A DNA stretch of 60,737 nucleotides from Aquificales bacterium (GCA_015487615.1 WFPJ01000121.1:1-60737), one strand, 5' to 3'; counted from the first letter of the stretch, positions 9,147 to 18,614 are shown. Notes: generated by a model not told the origin, from the letters alone. Made by a program: numbers and translations.

Positions 9147-10441
9147 ACGGTATGGAAAGATACTGGTTTATCCTTTCTATAATTTCCATAGGAACTGGGG
9201 GATTTTTTGCTTTTCTTGTTGCAATGAGCAGGACACCTTTCGGTCACAGTATCTTTCCTGAGGATTATTTTTATCACGCCCTTGTGGGCCATGTAGATCT
9301 TGCTATAGTTATGTGGCTCATGTCTTTTACACTTTTGCTGTGGACAAAGCTTTTCGGAGAAGTTATATACGAAAAAGCGCTCCTTTTTATGGCATATCTC
9401 GGGTACATTTTGATAGCTCTATCCTGTTTCTTTGCCTTGGGTGAACCCATTCCCAACAATTATGTTCCCGTTATAGTTCATCCTTTGTTTTTTACAGGTA
9501 TAGGTTTATTTATTATTTCTTTTTCCTTAAAAACCTTTTTCTACATTAATGAGGCCAAGGAAGGTATATTTAGCTCTGATCCCTTAATTAACTGTGCATC
9601 CGCAGGTGTTTTTATATCTCTTCTTATGATAGTTTCTTATATCTTTTCCTTCTTTAAAGCAGGCTCTCCTTCTGAACCTCTCCTTTATTTTGAAAGATTT
9701 TTTTGGATCCCTGGTCACATACAGCAATTTTTGAACGGTTCTTTACTCCTTATGGCTTGGTACTATCTGATTTCATTAGAAGGTAAAAGTATAGAGTTAA
9801 ATATTATGAAATACATAAACACAATATTTATAATTTTTTCGTTAATAACTTTTTCCCTGCTATTTGTTTTTGAAGATCCCATAAGCAAAGATGCAAAACT
9901 GTGGGCTGAAATATCCTACGCTATAGGTTTGGGCATTCCCATATTTGTACACACCCTTAATATCCTTAAAAACTTTAAACCTTCCCTTAGCGTTTTTTCC
10001 GTTTCACTTGTCTTTTCCTTCTTGCTTTATTACTTAGGTATTTTGATAGCATATTTGGGTCTTAGCAACGATCTGAGGGTACCTGCGCACTATCACGGGG
10101 CTGTTACAAGTATAACCATAGCCCTTATGGCTATATCCTATAATCTTCTCAGGGAATACGGTTACAGAAAGGTTATAGGTAAAATTCCTAAAATTCAACC
10201 TTACTTTTATGGAATAGGAATGATACTTTTTGTTTTGAGTCTTTATTGGGCGGGTAGGGGTGGTGCGCCACGTAAAACCTATGGTGTTGATTTTACGGAT
10301 GACCCATCCGTTATAATATCATTGACCCTTATGGGTATAGGTACGGTATTGGCTGTTTTGGGAGGTGTAATGTTTGTTGTTTATATGCTAAGCTCCCTTA
10401 TATCACGGGAGAGGGTAGGTGTAAATGAAAAAGCGGGATGA
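9143..10441 (+). CDS. Divergent haem-copper oxidase subunit I-like membrane protein lacking the helix-VII His-His pair
   Basis: About 12 TM helices. It aligns by eye with coxA at YHALVGHVDLAIVMW (helix II His), FFWIPGHIQQF (helix VI His, Tyr replaced by Phe), PAHYHGAV (helix X HxH) and GAPRKTY (GMPRRY motif). There is no HH at the expected position. ATGA-coupled to ctaB. Confidence 0.6.
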   Translation: MNGMERYWFILSIISIGTGGFFAFLVAMSRTPFGHSIFPEDYFYHALVGHVDLAIVMWLMSFTLLLWTKLFGEVIYEKALLFMAYLGYILIALSCFFALGEPIPNNYVPVIVHPLFFTGIGLFIISFSLKTFFYINEAKEGIFSSDPLINCASAGVFISLLMIVSYIFSFFKAGSPSEPLLYFERFFWIPGHIQQFLNGSLLLMAWYYLISLEGKSIELNIMKYINTIFIIFSLITFSLLFVFEDPISKDAKLWAEISYAIGLGIPIFVHTLNILKNFKPSLSVFSVSLVFSFLLYYLGILIAYLGLSNDLRVPAHYHGAVTSITIALMAISYNLLREYGYRKVIGKIPKIQPYFYGIGMILFVLSLYWAGRGGAPRKTYGVDFTDDPSVIISLTLMGIGTVLAVLGGVMFVVYMLSSLISRERVGVNEKAG

Positions 10442-10544
10442 TGTTGCCATAGCAATAGCGGTGGCTATTGTTCTGTTTGTTCTTATATCTTTTTTCGTTA
10501 CTTTTCTTGTATCTTTTGTGCTCAGGAATTATTCGGGAGAATAA
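10425..10544 (+). CDS. Unannotated 39-aa single-TM small ORF (MKKRDDVAIAIAVAIVLFVLISFFVTFLVSFVLRNYSGE)
   Basis: The ATG lies inside the last codons of the preceding gene in another frame, with purine-rich GGAGAGGGTAGGTG just upstream. It has one clean hydrophobic helix and a charged N-terminus. Confidence 0.4.
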   Translation: MKKRDDVAIAIAVAIVLFVLISFFVTFLVSFVLRNYSGE

Positions 10545-10560
10545 GTTATAATGTAAGCAA

Positions 10561-10965
10561 ATGAAAGAAATACTTATATATCTCAGTTTAATAACCATAG
10601 CTATCAGTGGTTTGTCTATAATTGCTGGCATAATATTTATTCTCTTTGGAAAAAAACAGTGGCACCACAGGGCAATGATAAGTGCATGTATATTTGCAAT
10701 AATATTTGTGGTGCTTTATGTTATAAGGACCATGATAATACCTACAAAACCCTATGAAGGTCCAATGAAAGGTTTATTCTCCTTTATTTTATGGTCACAC
10801 ACTATTCTTGCTATAATTAACTTCCCCCTGGCTGTAGTAACAGTGAGGTATGCCTTTAAAGAAAATTTTGAAAAGCACAAAAAAGTTGCGCCTATTACCG
10901 CCCTTGTCTGGATATATGTTGCCATCACAGGGTGGCTCATTTATATATTCAATCTGATAGCATAG
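10561..10965 (+). CDS. DUF420 / CtaM-like 4-TM oxidase accessory protein
   Basis: 134 aa with the pattern HHRAM ... [16 protein letters not shown] ... [20 protein letters not shown] typical of DUF420. TATAAT (10547-10552) lies 8 nt before the ATG and there is no SD. Confidence 0.7.
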   Translation: MKEILIYLSLITIAISGLSIIAGIIFILFGKKQWHHRAMISACIFAIIFVVLYVIRTMIIPTKPYEGPMKGLFSFILWSHTILAIINFPLAVVTVRYAFKENFEKHKKVAPITALVWIYVAITGWLIYIFNLIA

Positions 10966-10978
10966 GGAGCTTTATAAG

Positions 10979-11794
10979 ATGGCATTAAAGAATTTTATAA
11001 AAAAGAAGGAAACAGAGACCTTAGCTGAAAATAAAGGAGTAAAGATAAGTGTCAGGAATCTTAATTTTTACTACGGCACCAATCATGTGTTGAAGGATAT
11101 AAGTATGGATATTCACGAGAAAAAGATCACTGCCATTATAGGACCTTCGGGTTGCGGTAAAACCACATTGCTAAGATGTTTTAACCGAATGCATGATCTT
11201 TATCCGGGCAACAGGTATGAAGGGGAGATAATTCTTTATCCTGACGGTATAAACATCATAGGTAAAAACATAGATCCTATAAGGATAAGGATGAGGATAG
11301 GTATGGTTTTTCAAAAGCCCAATCCCTTTCCCAAGAGTATATTTGAGAATGTGGCTTACGGTCTGAAACTTAAAGGTATAAAAGATAAGGAAGTTATATA
11401 TGAAAAGGTAAAGGATGCCTTGGAAGCTTCAGCCTTGTGGGATGAGGTAAAGGACAGGCTTAACGATAATGCCTATTCTTTATCAGGTGGGCAACAACAA
11501 AGATTATGTATAGCAAGGGCAATAGCTCCAGAGCCGGAAGTATTGCTTTTTGATGAACCTACATCCGCTCTTGATCCCATATCTACTGCAAAGATAGAGG
11601 AGCTTGTTGTTGAACTTAAAAAAAGGGTTACTATCATTATTGTAACCCATAATATGCAACAGGCTGCTAGGGTTTCAGACTACACAAGTTTTATGTATAT
11701 GGGTGAGCTTATAGAGTTCGGTTCAACGGAGAAAATATTTACGAAACCGGAGAATAAACTGACAGAGGATTATATAACCGGCAGATTTGGTTAA
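10979..11794 (+). CDS. pstB: Phosphate ABC transporter ATP-binding protein
   Basis: Walker [10 protein letters not shown], signature LSGGQQQR, Walker [12 protein letters not shown], and the PstB-typical NRMHDL and C-terminal YITGRFG. Confidence 0.9.
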   Translation: MALKNFIKKKETETLAENKGVKISVRNLNFYYGTNHVLKDISMDIHEKKITAIIGPSGCGKTTLLRCFNRMHDLYPGNRYEGEIILYPDGINIIGKNIDPIRIRMRIGMVFQKPNPFPKSIFENVAYGLKLKGIKDKEVIYEKVKDALEASALWDEVKDRLNDNAYSLSGGQQQRLCIARAIAPEPEVLLFDEPTSALDPISTAKIEELVVELKKRVTIIIVTHNMQQAARVSDYTSFMYMGELIEFGSTEKIFTKPENKLTEDYITGRFG

Positions 11795-13092
11795 CTTCCT
11801 CTTTCTTCAATTATAAATTTCAATGGAGAATTTAAAATTTTTGTGTATTCACGGAATTTTCGTTCAAAGAATTTAAGGTAGTTCTGCTTCCATCCTTCCC
11901 TGTAATTTGTTATAAGTACAAAGGTTGGAGGTTTTACTGCCTTTTGGAATGAAAAGAATACTTTAACTTCCTTATTTTTATATACAGGTGGCTTCTTTTC
12001 TCTCAGTATTTTTCTTATTGCATTATTTACCGCTGATGTTTTAAGCTTTTTTGTGTAATCATTATACACCTCCACAGCACTGCTGAGAATATGTTCTACA
12101 TTTTCACCTTTTAGTGCGCTCACATACACAAGGGGAGCGTATTCAACAAAGAAAAGCTCTCTTCTTATATATTTTGTAAGTTCTTCATAAGAACCGTTGC
12201 AAAGGTCCTTTTTATTTACAACTATTATAAGTCCCTTTTTCCTTCTTTCTATAAGTCCGGCAAGTCTTTTGTCTTGTTTAGTTACACCCTCCGTGCAGTC
12301 TATGACGAGGCATACTATATCCGACTTTTCTATAGAATCAATAGCTCTGCCCACCGCGAAGAATTCAACGCCATACTCAACCCTTGAAGGTCTCCTTATT
12401 CCCGCGGTATCAACGAGTAAAAAATCCTTGTCCCTCCAATTAAAGGGTATATCTACCGCATCCCTCGTTGTACCCGCTTCCGGTGATACTATAACCCTTT
12501 CTTCCTTTAAAAGCGCATTAATCAGAGAAGACTTGCCCGTATTAGGTCTTCCTACGAAGGATATCTTTATGTATTCCTTTTTTTCACCGCCTCCCGTTCC
12601 TATTCTTTCCGTTATTATGTCAAGCAGTTCCGCAACACCTTTACCGTGCTGTGCTGAAACAGGTACTAGGGGTTCAAATCCGAGCCTGTAGTACTCTGAC
12701 AATACTTTATGGTCCGGATCGCTATCTATCTTATTTACTACAAGTATCACCTTATCCCTGTATCTTTGAAGCAGTCTTGAAATTTCCTCATCCGTAGAAG
12801 TTATTCCTTCTCTTCCGTCAACCATAAAGAGTATTACACTTGCCTTATCAAGCTCTTTAACAACCTTCTCCCTTATCTTTTGTAGGAACCAATCTTTTTC
12901 TTCTGGCACCATACCTCCCGTATCTACTATGGTAAATTTCTTGTTTTTCCACTCTGCTGTTTCTTCTATAACATCCCTTGTAACTCCGGGAAGGTTGTGT
13001 ACTATACTTTTCCTTTTCCCAGAAATTTTATTAAAAAGGGTTGATTTCCCCACATTGGGTTTTCCTACTATAACTACCCTGTTTGATTCCAT
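11791..13092 (-). CDS. der: Ribosome-associated GTPase Der/EngA
   Basis: Two tandem G domains (GKPNVGKST...DTGG; GRPNTGKSS...DTAG) plus a KH-like C-terminus. Start reset to [10 protein letters not shown] (ATG 13092); the track's upstream extension would overlap the divergent gene. Confidence 0.9.
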   Translation of the reverse strand: MESNRVVIVGKPNVGKSTLFNKISGKRKSIVHNLPGVTRDVIEETAEWKNKKFTIVDTGGMVPEEKDWFLQKIREKVVKELDKASVILFMVDGREGITSTDEEISRLLQRYRDKVILVVNKIDSDPDHKVLSEYYRLGFEPLVPVSAQHGKGVAELLDIITERIGTGGGEKKEYIKISFVGRPNTGKSSLINALLKEERVIVSPEAGTTRDAVDIPFNWRDKDFLLVDTAGIRRPSRVEYGVEFFAVGRAIDSIEKSDIVCLVIDCTEGVTKQDKRLAGLIERRKKGLIIVVNKKDLCNGSYEELTKYIRRELFFVEYAPLVYVSALKGENVEHILSSAVEVYNDYTKKLKTSAVNNAIRKILREKKPPVYKNKEVKVFFSFQKAVKPPTFVLITNYREGWKQNYLKFFERKFREYTKILNSPLKFIIEERGS

Positions 13093-13114
13093 GTTTATTG
13101 TATTATAGGGAAAT

Positions 13115-14146
13115 ATGAAAGGTGTTATACTGACAGGCTTCGGAGGAACAGAAAAACTTGAGTACAGAGAGGATATAGAAAGACCCTCTTTAAAACCAGG
13201 ATATGTCCTTGTAAGAATAAAGGCTGTTGCCCTCAATCATCTTGACCTTTGGGTGAGGATGGGTGCCTTGAGCATAAAACCTGAACTTCCGCATATCCTT
13301 GGCTCGGATATAAGCGGAGTTGTAGAAATGGTCGGAGAAGGAGTGGAGGGAATACAAGAGGGTGAGGAGGTTATTATTATCCCTTCCCTGTCCTGCGGAA
13401 GGTGTTATGAATGTCAAAGGGGTGATGATAATCTTTGTAAATACTATGATATTATAGGTTTGAGAAGTAAGGGCGGGTATGCGGAATTTATAAGCGTTCC
13501 CGCAAGGAATATAATAAGGAAGCCTTCAAATCTCTCCTTTGAAGAAGCATCAAGTTATCCCCTTACCTTTTTAACCTCATGGAACGCCGTTGTTACAAGG
13601 GGAAGATTGAAAGCTGGACAAACATTATTCGTATGGGCGGGATCCTCAGGTATAGGCGTAGCTTCAATACAGATAGGTAAGCTTCTGGGAGCAACTGTTA
13701 TAACAACCGCGGGTACTGAGGAAAAAATGAGGAAATGTAAGGAGATAGGAGCTGATTATGTGTTTAATCATTACACCCAGGATGTTGTAAAGGAGGTTTT
13801 GTCCCTTTTTCCGGATGGAGTTGATGTTGTTGTTGATCATGTAGGTGAAAGGACCTTTGATAGAAGTATATCAATACTCAAAAAAGGAGGTGTTCTTTCC
13901 TTTCTTGGGACTACAACGGGGGACAGGGGAGAGTTCAGCCTCAGGTACGCCTTCGTGAGGCAGATAAGTTTGAAGGGTGTTTATATGGGAAGAAGATCTG
14001 ACCTTTTTACAATAACCAAGTTGTTTTCGGAAGGAAAATTTAAACCCGTTATTGATAGAATATTTGACCTTAAGGATGTAAGGCATGCCCATAAGTATCT
14101 TGAGGGGTCAAGACATTTCGGAAAGATTGTATTGAAGGTAAGTTGA
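13115..14146 (+). CDS. Medium-chain dehydrogenase/reductase, quinone-oxidoreductase-like
   Basis: GroES-like domain plus Rossmann fold (VWAGSSGIG) and a structural-Zn Cys cluster (CGRCYECQRGDDNLC). The classical catalytic GHE motif is replaced by GSD. Confidence 0.8.
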   Translation: MKGVILTGFGGTEKLEYREDIERPSLKPGYVLVRIKAVALNHLDLWVRMGALSIKPELPHILGSDISGVVEMVGEGVEGIQEGEEVIIIPSLSCGRCYECQRGDDNLCKYYDIIGLRSKGGYAEFISVPARNIIRKPSNLSFEEASSYPLTFLTSWNAVVTRGRLKAGQTLFVWAGSSGIGVASIQIGKLLGATVITTAGTEEKMRKCKEIGADYVFNHYTQDVVKEVLSLFPDGVDVVVDHVGERTFDRSISILKKGGVLSFLGTTTGDRGEFSLRYAFVRQISLKGVYMGRRSDLFTITKLFSEGKFKPVIDRIFDLKDVRHAHKYLEGSRHFGKIVLKVS

Positions 14147-16947
14147 TGGAAAAATTTGAAGAATGGTTAAGACTGCCTGAGGTAAAAAACAGACTTATTG
14201 ATTGGGAATACACCCGCAGAAAATTTTTCCAGTTTATGGAGAAACATCCGAATAAGGAGAGGATATCATCTTATCTTAACAAAAGGAGATTTATGCTACT
14301 CCTTGATCTTCTAGATAAATCCGCCTGTATAAGTAGATTTCTTCTGTCTCACCCTGAGGACTTTGAACCTACCATAGACAGACTTTGGTACAGGATTAAG
14401 AGCAAAGAAGAGTATTTAATAGAGATAAAGGAGGTGGTCGGGGATAACAAAGAGGATGGAGTAATTTCAGAAAAGCTTGCTTATTATAGACACAGAGAAT
14501 TGATGAGGATTTTCTCAAAAGAAATCCTTAATGTTATGCCCCTTGAGGATATATTAAGGGAATATTCCTACCTTGCGGATGCCCTTCTTGAATTTGCATA
14601 TTTGATAGCTATTGATAGAGCAAAATCACGGTACGGCACACCTTTGGATGAAAAGGATAGAGAGGCTAAGGGAGCAATTATAGGTCTTGGCAAGCTTGGA
14701 AGTGAAGAGCTTAACTACTACTCTGATATTGATATTATGTTTATATATTCATCTGATAAGGGTAAGGCGGGTAATCTGTCTCTTCCAGAGTTTTTCTCAA
14801 AGGTATTTGAACATGTAGTCAGGCTCTTAACCGCAAATACACGGGAGGGTGTACCTTATAAGGTTGATCTTGATCTCAGACCCTTCGGGAAAATGGGAGC
14901 TATAGCGGTTTCTTTGAGAACAGCAGAGCTTTATTATGAATCTTACGGCAGGACATGGGAGAGGTTTGCACTTCTTAGAGCAAGACCTGTGGCGGGAGAT
15001 GAGGAACTAGGCATTAGATTCATGAAAGAGGTTGTTGATCCCTTTGTTTACAGGAAATCAGTTGATTACAGTGTTATAGAGGAGATAAGGTTTATAAAGT
15101 CAAAGATAGATGCTGAAGCAAAGGGAAGGATATTAAAGGATTTTGATGTTAAGAAGGGAAGGGGTGGTATAAGAGAACTTGAGTTTGCGGTTCAGACCCT
15201 TATTCTGCTTTTAGGGGGTAGATTTCCTTTTTTAAAGGAGGGGAATACCTTTAGGGCTATATGGAAACTACACCAGAAGGGTGTATTTTCCTCCGAGGAG
15301 GTTGCTTTCTTGGAAGAAGCTTATACATTCTTGAGGAGGCTTGAACACAGGATTCAACTTTTGGGATGTATACAGACTCAGAGACTGCCCGCTAAAGATA
15401 TAGAAACAGTTGCAAAGGCTATGGGGATGAATAGGGAGGAATTCACAGAAAAGTTGGACAGGTATAGGAACGGTGTATTTGAAATATTCAAAGGGGTCTT
15501 ATCCGCAAAGAGAGAGGAGGACCATGACCCCTTAAGTGAAGCCATACTGAGTATGGATAGGGTTGCAGGAGAAAGATTGCTTAAAGAGAAAGGGTTTAAG
15601 AATCCTTCCCGCGCTTTTACGCTCCTTTGTTCCTATATTCACGGCAAGCCTGGTCTAAGGCTTTCTGAAGAAGAAAGAAGAAAGCTTATGGACAGGATAC
15701 CTTTTATCGTTGATGCCCTGTCTTCCAAGGCTAATCCGGATGAAGCCCTTGCAAATCTTGATAAGCTGATGTCAAGTTATAACGGAAAGTACATAATTAA
15801 TTCGGACAGATATAAGGACCTGATAAATTTCCTTGCGGATGTGTTTTCTTTATCTTCCTATCTCTCAACTGTAATAGGCAGATACCCTGATCTGCTTGAG
15901 GATGTTCTAACCCTCTATCAGAATTTCCCTTCAAAGGAAGAAATAGTTTCCGAACTTGAAAAGTATAAGGTTTCTTTAGGTCTTTCCTCTGAGGATGTTC
16001 TCAGGAGGCTTAAGAGGGTATGGGAGGTAAGGATAGGACTTGTTTATTTGATGAAGGCGGAGGAAGAATATAGGAAGCTTGTTAGATTTTTTGAATCTCT
16101 AACCCTGCTTGCAGATGTTGTAATGGAGGAAGTGTGGAAGTTTCACGGCATGGGGAATATGCCTGTTCTTATGCTATCCCTGGGTAAATACGGTAGCAGG
16201 GAACTTAACTTCGGATCAGATCTTGACTTAGTTTTTGTGGCGGGTGATAAGGGAGATAGGGAGAATATAAGTGCTAATGTCCAGAACATAATAAGGTTCA
16301 TTACACGTCATACATCGGAGGGTTATCTTTACGACGTGGATGTAAGGTTGAGACCCATGGGATCAAAAGGTGAAATATCGCCTTCCCTCGGTTTTTATAA
16401 GGTGTACTTTGAAAATCAGGCGCGGGTGTGGGAGAGATTTGCTTGGACAAGGGCAAGATATATAGCGGGTGATGAAGAGCTCTACGAAGAATTTGAAACC
16501 ATCCTTCAAGATTTTCTTTTCGGTAAGCTGGTGGGGAGGGCTGAGCTAAGAGAGATGTATGATATAAGAATGAAGCTTGAGGAAAATGCTTTCAGAAAGA
16601 GGGGGTTCATAGATTTAAAGGCTGGAAAGGGGGGGTTAATTGATGCGGAATTTATAGTTCAATACCTTGTTTTGAAAGAAAAGATAAGGGAACCTTCTAT
16701 TATAAAGGCTATGGATTTGTTGAAGGAAAAGTATGCCTTTGTGGAGGATCTTAAAGATATATATATGTTCTTAAGATTGGTGGAGACTAAATTGAGGCTA
16801 TCAAAGGAGAGGGGCACATCCGTTATATCACCCAGGGATAAAGCGATCATAGCATCTTCCTTAAACATGGATGAGGGTGAATTTTTGAGGATACTAAATG
16901 AAAAAATGGGAGCCTTGCGGGAGATGTTCCTTTACCTCTTTAATTAA
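14143..16947 (+). CDS. glnE: Glutamine synthetase adenylyltransferase/adenylyl-removing enzyme
   Basis: 934 aa with two nucleotidyltransferase modules (GKLGSEELNYYSDIDIMF and GKYGSRELNFGSDLDLVF). Confidence 0.85.
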   Translation: MMEKFEEWLRLPEVKNRLIDWEYTRRKFFQFMEKHPNKERISSYLNKRRFMLLLDLLDKSACISRFLLSHPEDFEPTIDRLWYRIKSKEEYLIEIKEVVGDNKEDGVISEKLAYYRHRELMRIFSKEILNVMPLEDILREYSYLADALLEFAYLIAIDRAKSRYGTPLDEKDREAKGAIIGLGKLGSEELNYYSDIDIMFIYSSDKGKAGNLSLPEFFSKVFEHVVRLLTANTREGVPYKVDLDLRPFGKMGAIAVSLRTAELYYESYGRTWERFALLRARPVAGDEELGIRFMKEVVDPFVYRKSVDYSVIEEIRFIKSKIDAEAKGRILKDFDVKKGRGGIRELEFAVQTLILLLGGRFPFLKEGNTFRAIWKLHQKGVFSSEEVAFLEEAYTFLRRLEHRIQLLGCIQTQRLPAKDIETVAKAMGMNREEFTEKLDRYRNGVFEIFKGVLSAKREEDHDPLSEAILSMDRVAGERLLKEKGFKNPSRAFTLLCSYIHGKPGLRLSEEERRKLMDRIPFIVDALSSKANPDEALANLDKLMSSYNGKYIINSDRYKDLINFLADVFSLSSYLSTVIGRYPDLLEDVLTLYQNFPSKEEIVSELEKYKVSLGLSSEDVLRRLKRVWEVRIGLVYLMKAEEEYRKLVRFFESLTLLADVVMEEVWKFHGMGNMPVLMLSLGKYGSRELNFGSDLDLVFVAGDKGDRENISANVQNIIRFITRHTSEGYLYDVDVRLRPMGSKGEISPSLGFYKVYFENQARVWERFAWTRARYIAGDEELYEEFETILQDFLFGKLVGRAELREMYDIRMKLEENAFRKRGFIDLKAGKGGLIDAEFIVQYLVLKEKIREPSIIKAMDLLKEKYAFVEDLKDIYMFLRLVETKLRLSKERGTSVISPRDKAIIASSLNMDEGEFLRILNEKMGALREMFLYLFN

Positions 16948-17405
16948 ATATTTGTACTTTGCCTTATCTTTACAGCAAGCCTACTCTTTTCCTTGAGCGT
17001 TTCCGGGTCTATAAATTCATGGGCTATTGAATACAGCAGGTTGTTTTCTTTTTTTAGATGGTCCTCAAGTTTGTTGTTCAAGCTGTGAACAGCGGAAAAT
17101 ATTTTAGGTTTATTTCCCTCAAGTATAAGATTATTTATTTCTTTGAGAAGATTTTTTATCTCTTCGTGTTCCTTAAGTATAAGTTGCAGTGATGTAGCGG
17201 ATGTACCCATCTTTTTAACAAGTTCGGGAAATAGGAGCTCCTCTTCCTCTCTAAGATGTATAAGTATTTCTCTTTTAAGTTCTTCAAACAATTTTTTAAG
17301 CATGTCAATATCGCTGTCCTTAAATGTTTCAATTGCATTGTAAAGTCTTTCTATCTTTGCATTTATTCCGTTGTGCTCTTCATACAACCTCTCTACAAGA
17401 TTCAT
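16944..17405 (-). CDS. Hemerythrin-like (HHE cation-binding) domain protein
   Basis: 153 aa, all-helical, with repeated H/E motifs (HLREEEELLFPE, EHEEI, DHLKKEN). Confidence 0.65.
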   Translation of the reverse strand: MNLVERLYEEHNGINAKIERLYNAIETFKDSDIDMLKKLFEELKREILIHLREEEELLFPELVKKMGTSATSLQLILKEHEEIKNLLKEINNLILEGNKPKIFSAVHSLNNKLEDHLKKENNLLYSIAHEFIDPETLKEKSRLAVKIRQSTNI

Positions 17406-17471
17406 TTCCTTACCCCTCGGTATAATAAAATATGCCTAATTCCATGACGGGCAAAGGTAATTGTACCAAAA

Positions 17472-17480
17472 TGTTATAAT
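17472..17480 (+). promoter_or_regulatory. Extended -10 (TGtTATAAT) promoter of tRNA-Arg
   Basis: TG at 17472-17473 and TATAAT at 17475-17480, with only 8 nt before the mature tRNA 5' end at 17489. Confidence 0.5.
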
Positions 17481-17488
17481 ATTTGGTA

Positions 17489-17565
17489 GTCCCCGTAGCT
17501 CAGCAGGATAGAGCGCGAGATTCCTAATCTCGAGGTCGGCGGTTCGAGTCCGCCCGGGGACGCCA
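17489..17565 (+). tRNA. tRNA-Arg (anticodon CCT), CCA encoded
   Basis: Cloverleaf by eye: acceptor GTCCCCG/CGGGGAC, D arm GCTCAGCAGGATAGAGC, anticodon stem CGAGA/TCTCG with loop TTCCTAA, T arm GGCGG-TTCGAGT-CCGCC, then discriminator G and CCA. Confidence 0.9.
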
Positions 17566-18537
17566 TTATTCTTCTCCTGGTTCCCTTAAAAGCATTTCCC
17601 TTATAACCTTGTGTAAATCTTCACCTTCCACCACAACTCTGTAGACCGCTTCGCTAACCGGAGCGTAGATATTTTTGTCTTTTACTATAGAGTGTACCGC
17701 TTTAACTGTTTCAATTCCTTCAACGGTTTGATTTAGTTCCCTAAGTATCTCTTCTTTTTTCTTTCCCCTTGCTAGCATGAATCCAAAGGTTCTGTTTCTT
17801 GACAGATCGGAGGAAGCTGTAAGAAATAGATCTCCAGCTCCGGAAAGACCGTAAAATGTTTTTTCTTCCGCACCCAAGGAGACCCCTATCCTTGCCATTT
17901 CTTTCAAGCCTCTTGTTATAAGGGATGCCCTTGCATTGTTTCCTAATTCCAGACCGTCGGATATACCGCATGCTATGGCTATAACATTTTTAAGTGCTCC
18001 GCCCAGTTCTACCCCTTTAATGTCTCTACTCCTGTAAACCCTGAATGTTTCCGCATTTAGCTCCTTCTGTATTATCTTCCCCATTTCTTCATTTTCAGAA
18101 GCAAGTACAAGGGCTGTTGGAAGACCTTTCAAAACTTCTACCGCGAAGGAAGGACCAGAAAGCACATGTATTCTTGCACTTTCAAAGAGCCCCTTTATAA
18201 TGTCTGAGATAAGTTTTTTGGATTTTACATCAATTCCCTTTGATGCTATTATCACATCCTTGTTATTAAGATCTATACTTTTAACGGACTCTTCTATAAC
18301 CTGGGTAGGTAATGCGCATATTATCCTTTCTGAAAAATTCTCCGCATCCTTTATATCCGTTGTTGCTTTTATGTTTTCGGAAAGTTTGAAATCTTCAATG
18401 TAAGGATGTAATCCTCTGTTTATTCTTTCTACAGCATCTTTGTTTATGTCATATATAAGCACTTTTGAACCTTTTCTTGAAAGGTGTAGAGCAAGGGCTG
18501 TACCCCATCTTCCACCGCCCAGAACTGTGTATCTCAT
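17566..18537 (-). CDS. gpsA: NAD(P)H-dependent glycerol-3-phosphate dehydrogenase
   Basis: N-terminal GGGRWGTALA Rossmann motif and GpsA-typical LKNVIAIACGISDGL. The stop codon abuts the tRNA 3' end. Confidence 0.9.
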   Translation of the reverse strand: MRYTVLGGGRWGTALALHLSRKGSKVLIYDINKDAVERINRGLHPYIEDFKLSENIKATTDIKDAENFSERIICALPTQVIEESVKSIDLNNKDVIIASKGIDVKSKKLISDIIKGLFESARIHVLSGPSFAVEVLKGLPTALVLASENEEMGKIIQKELNAETFRVYRSRDIKGVELGGALKNVIAIACGISDGLELGNNARASLITRGLKEMARIGVSLGAEEKTFYGLSGAGDLFLTASSDLSRNRTFGFMLARGKKKEEILRELNQTVEGIETVKAVHSIVKDKNIYAPVSEAVYRVVVEGEDLHKVIREMLLREPGEE

Positions 18538-18614
18538 GCTGAAAATTATATTCCTAAATTTCTGATGGTTATTGCCTATTTATTAGATTAGAATTATCAA
18601 TATAGGAGGTGGAC

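Noticed and set aside
10979-11794. pstB is an orphan with no pstSCA. Likewise the DppB/OppB-like permease (28472-29446) has no partner subunits. I considered these as possible degraded or novel transporters.
   Set aside because: Both ORFs are intact with full motifs. Dispersal of operon components is a known feature of Aquificae-type genomes, so isolation alone is not evidence of novelty. It is worth only a genome-wide partner check.
13093-13236. An N-terminal extension of der overlaps the divergent dehydrogenase gene.
   Set aside because: The Der G1 motif begins right after [17 protein letters not shown] (ATG 13092). The extension has no homology-like features.
17489-17565. I considered the tRNA-Arg as a possible integration hotspot for a genomic island.
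   Set aside because: There is no integrase, no direct repeat of the tRNA 3' end, and no compositional shift on either side. The flanking genes are housekeeping (hemerythrin-like, gpsA).
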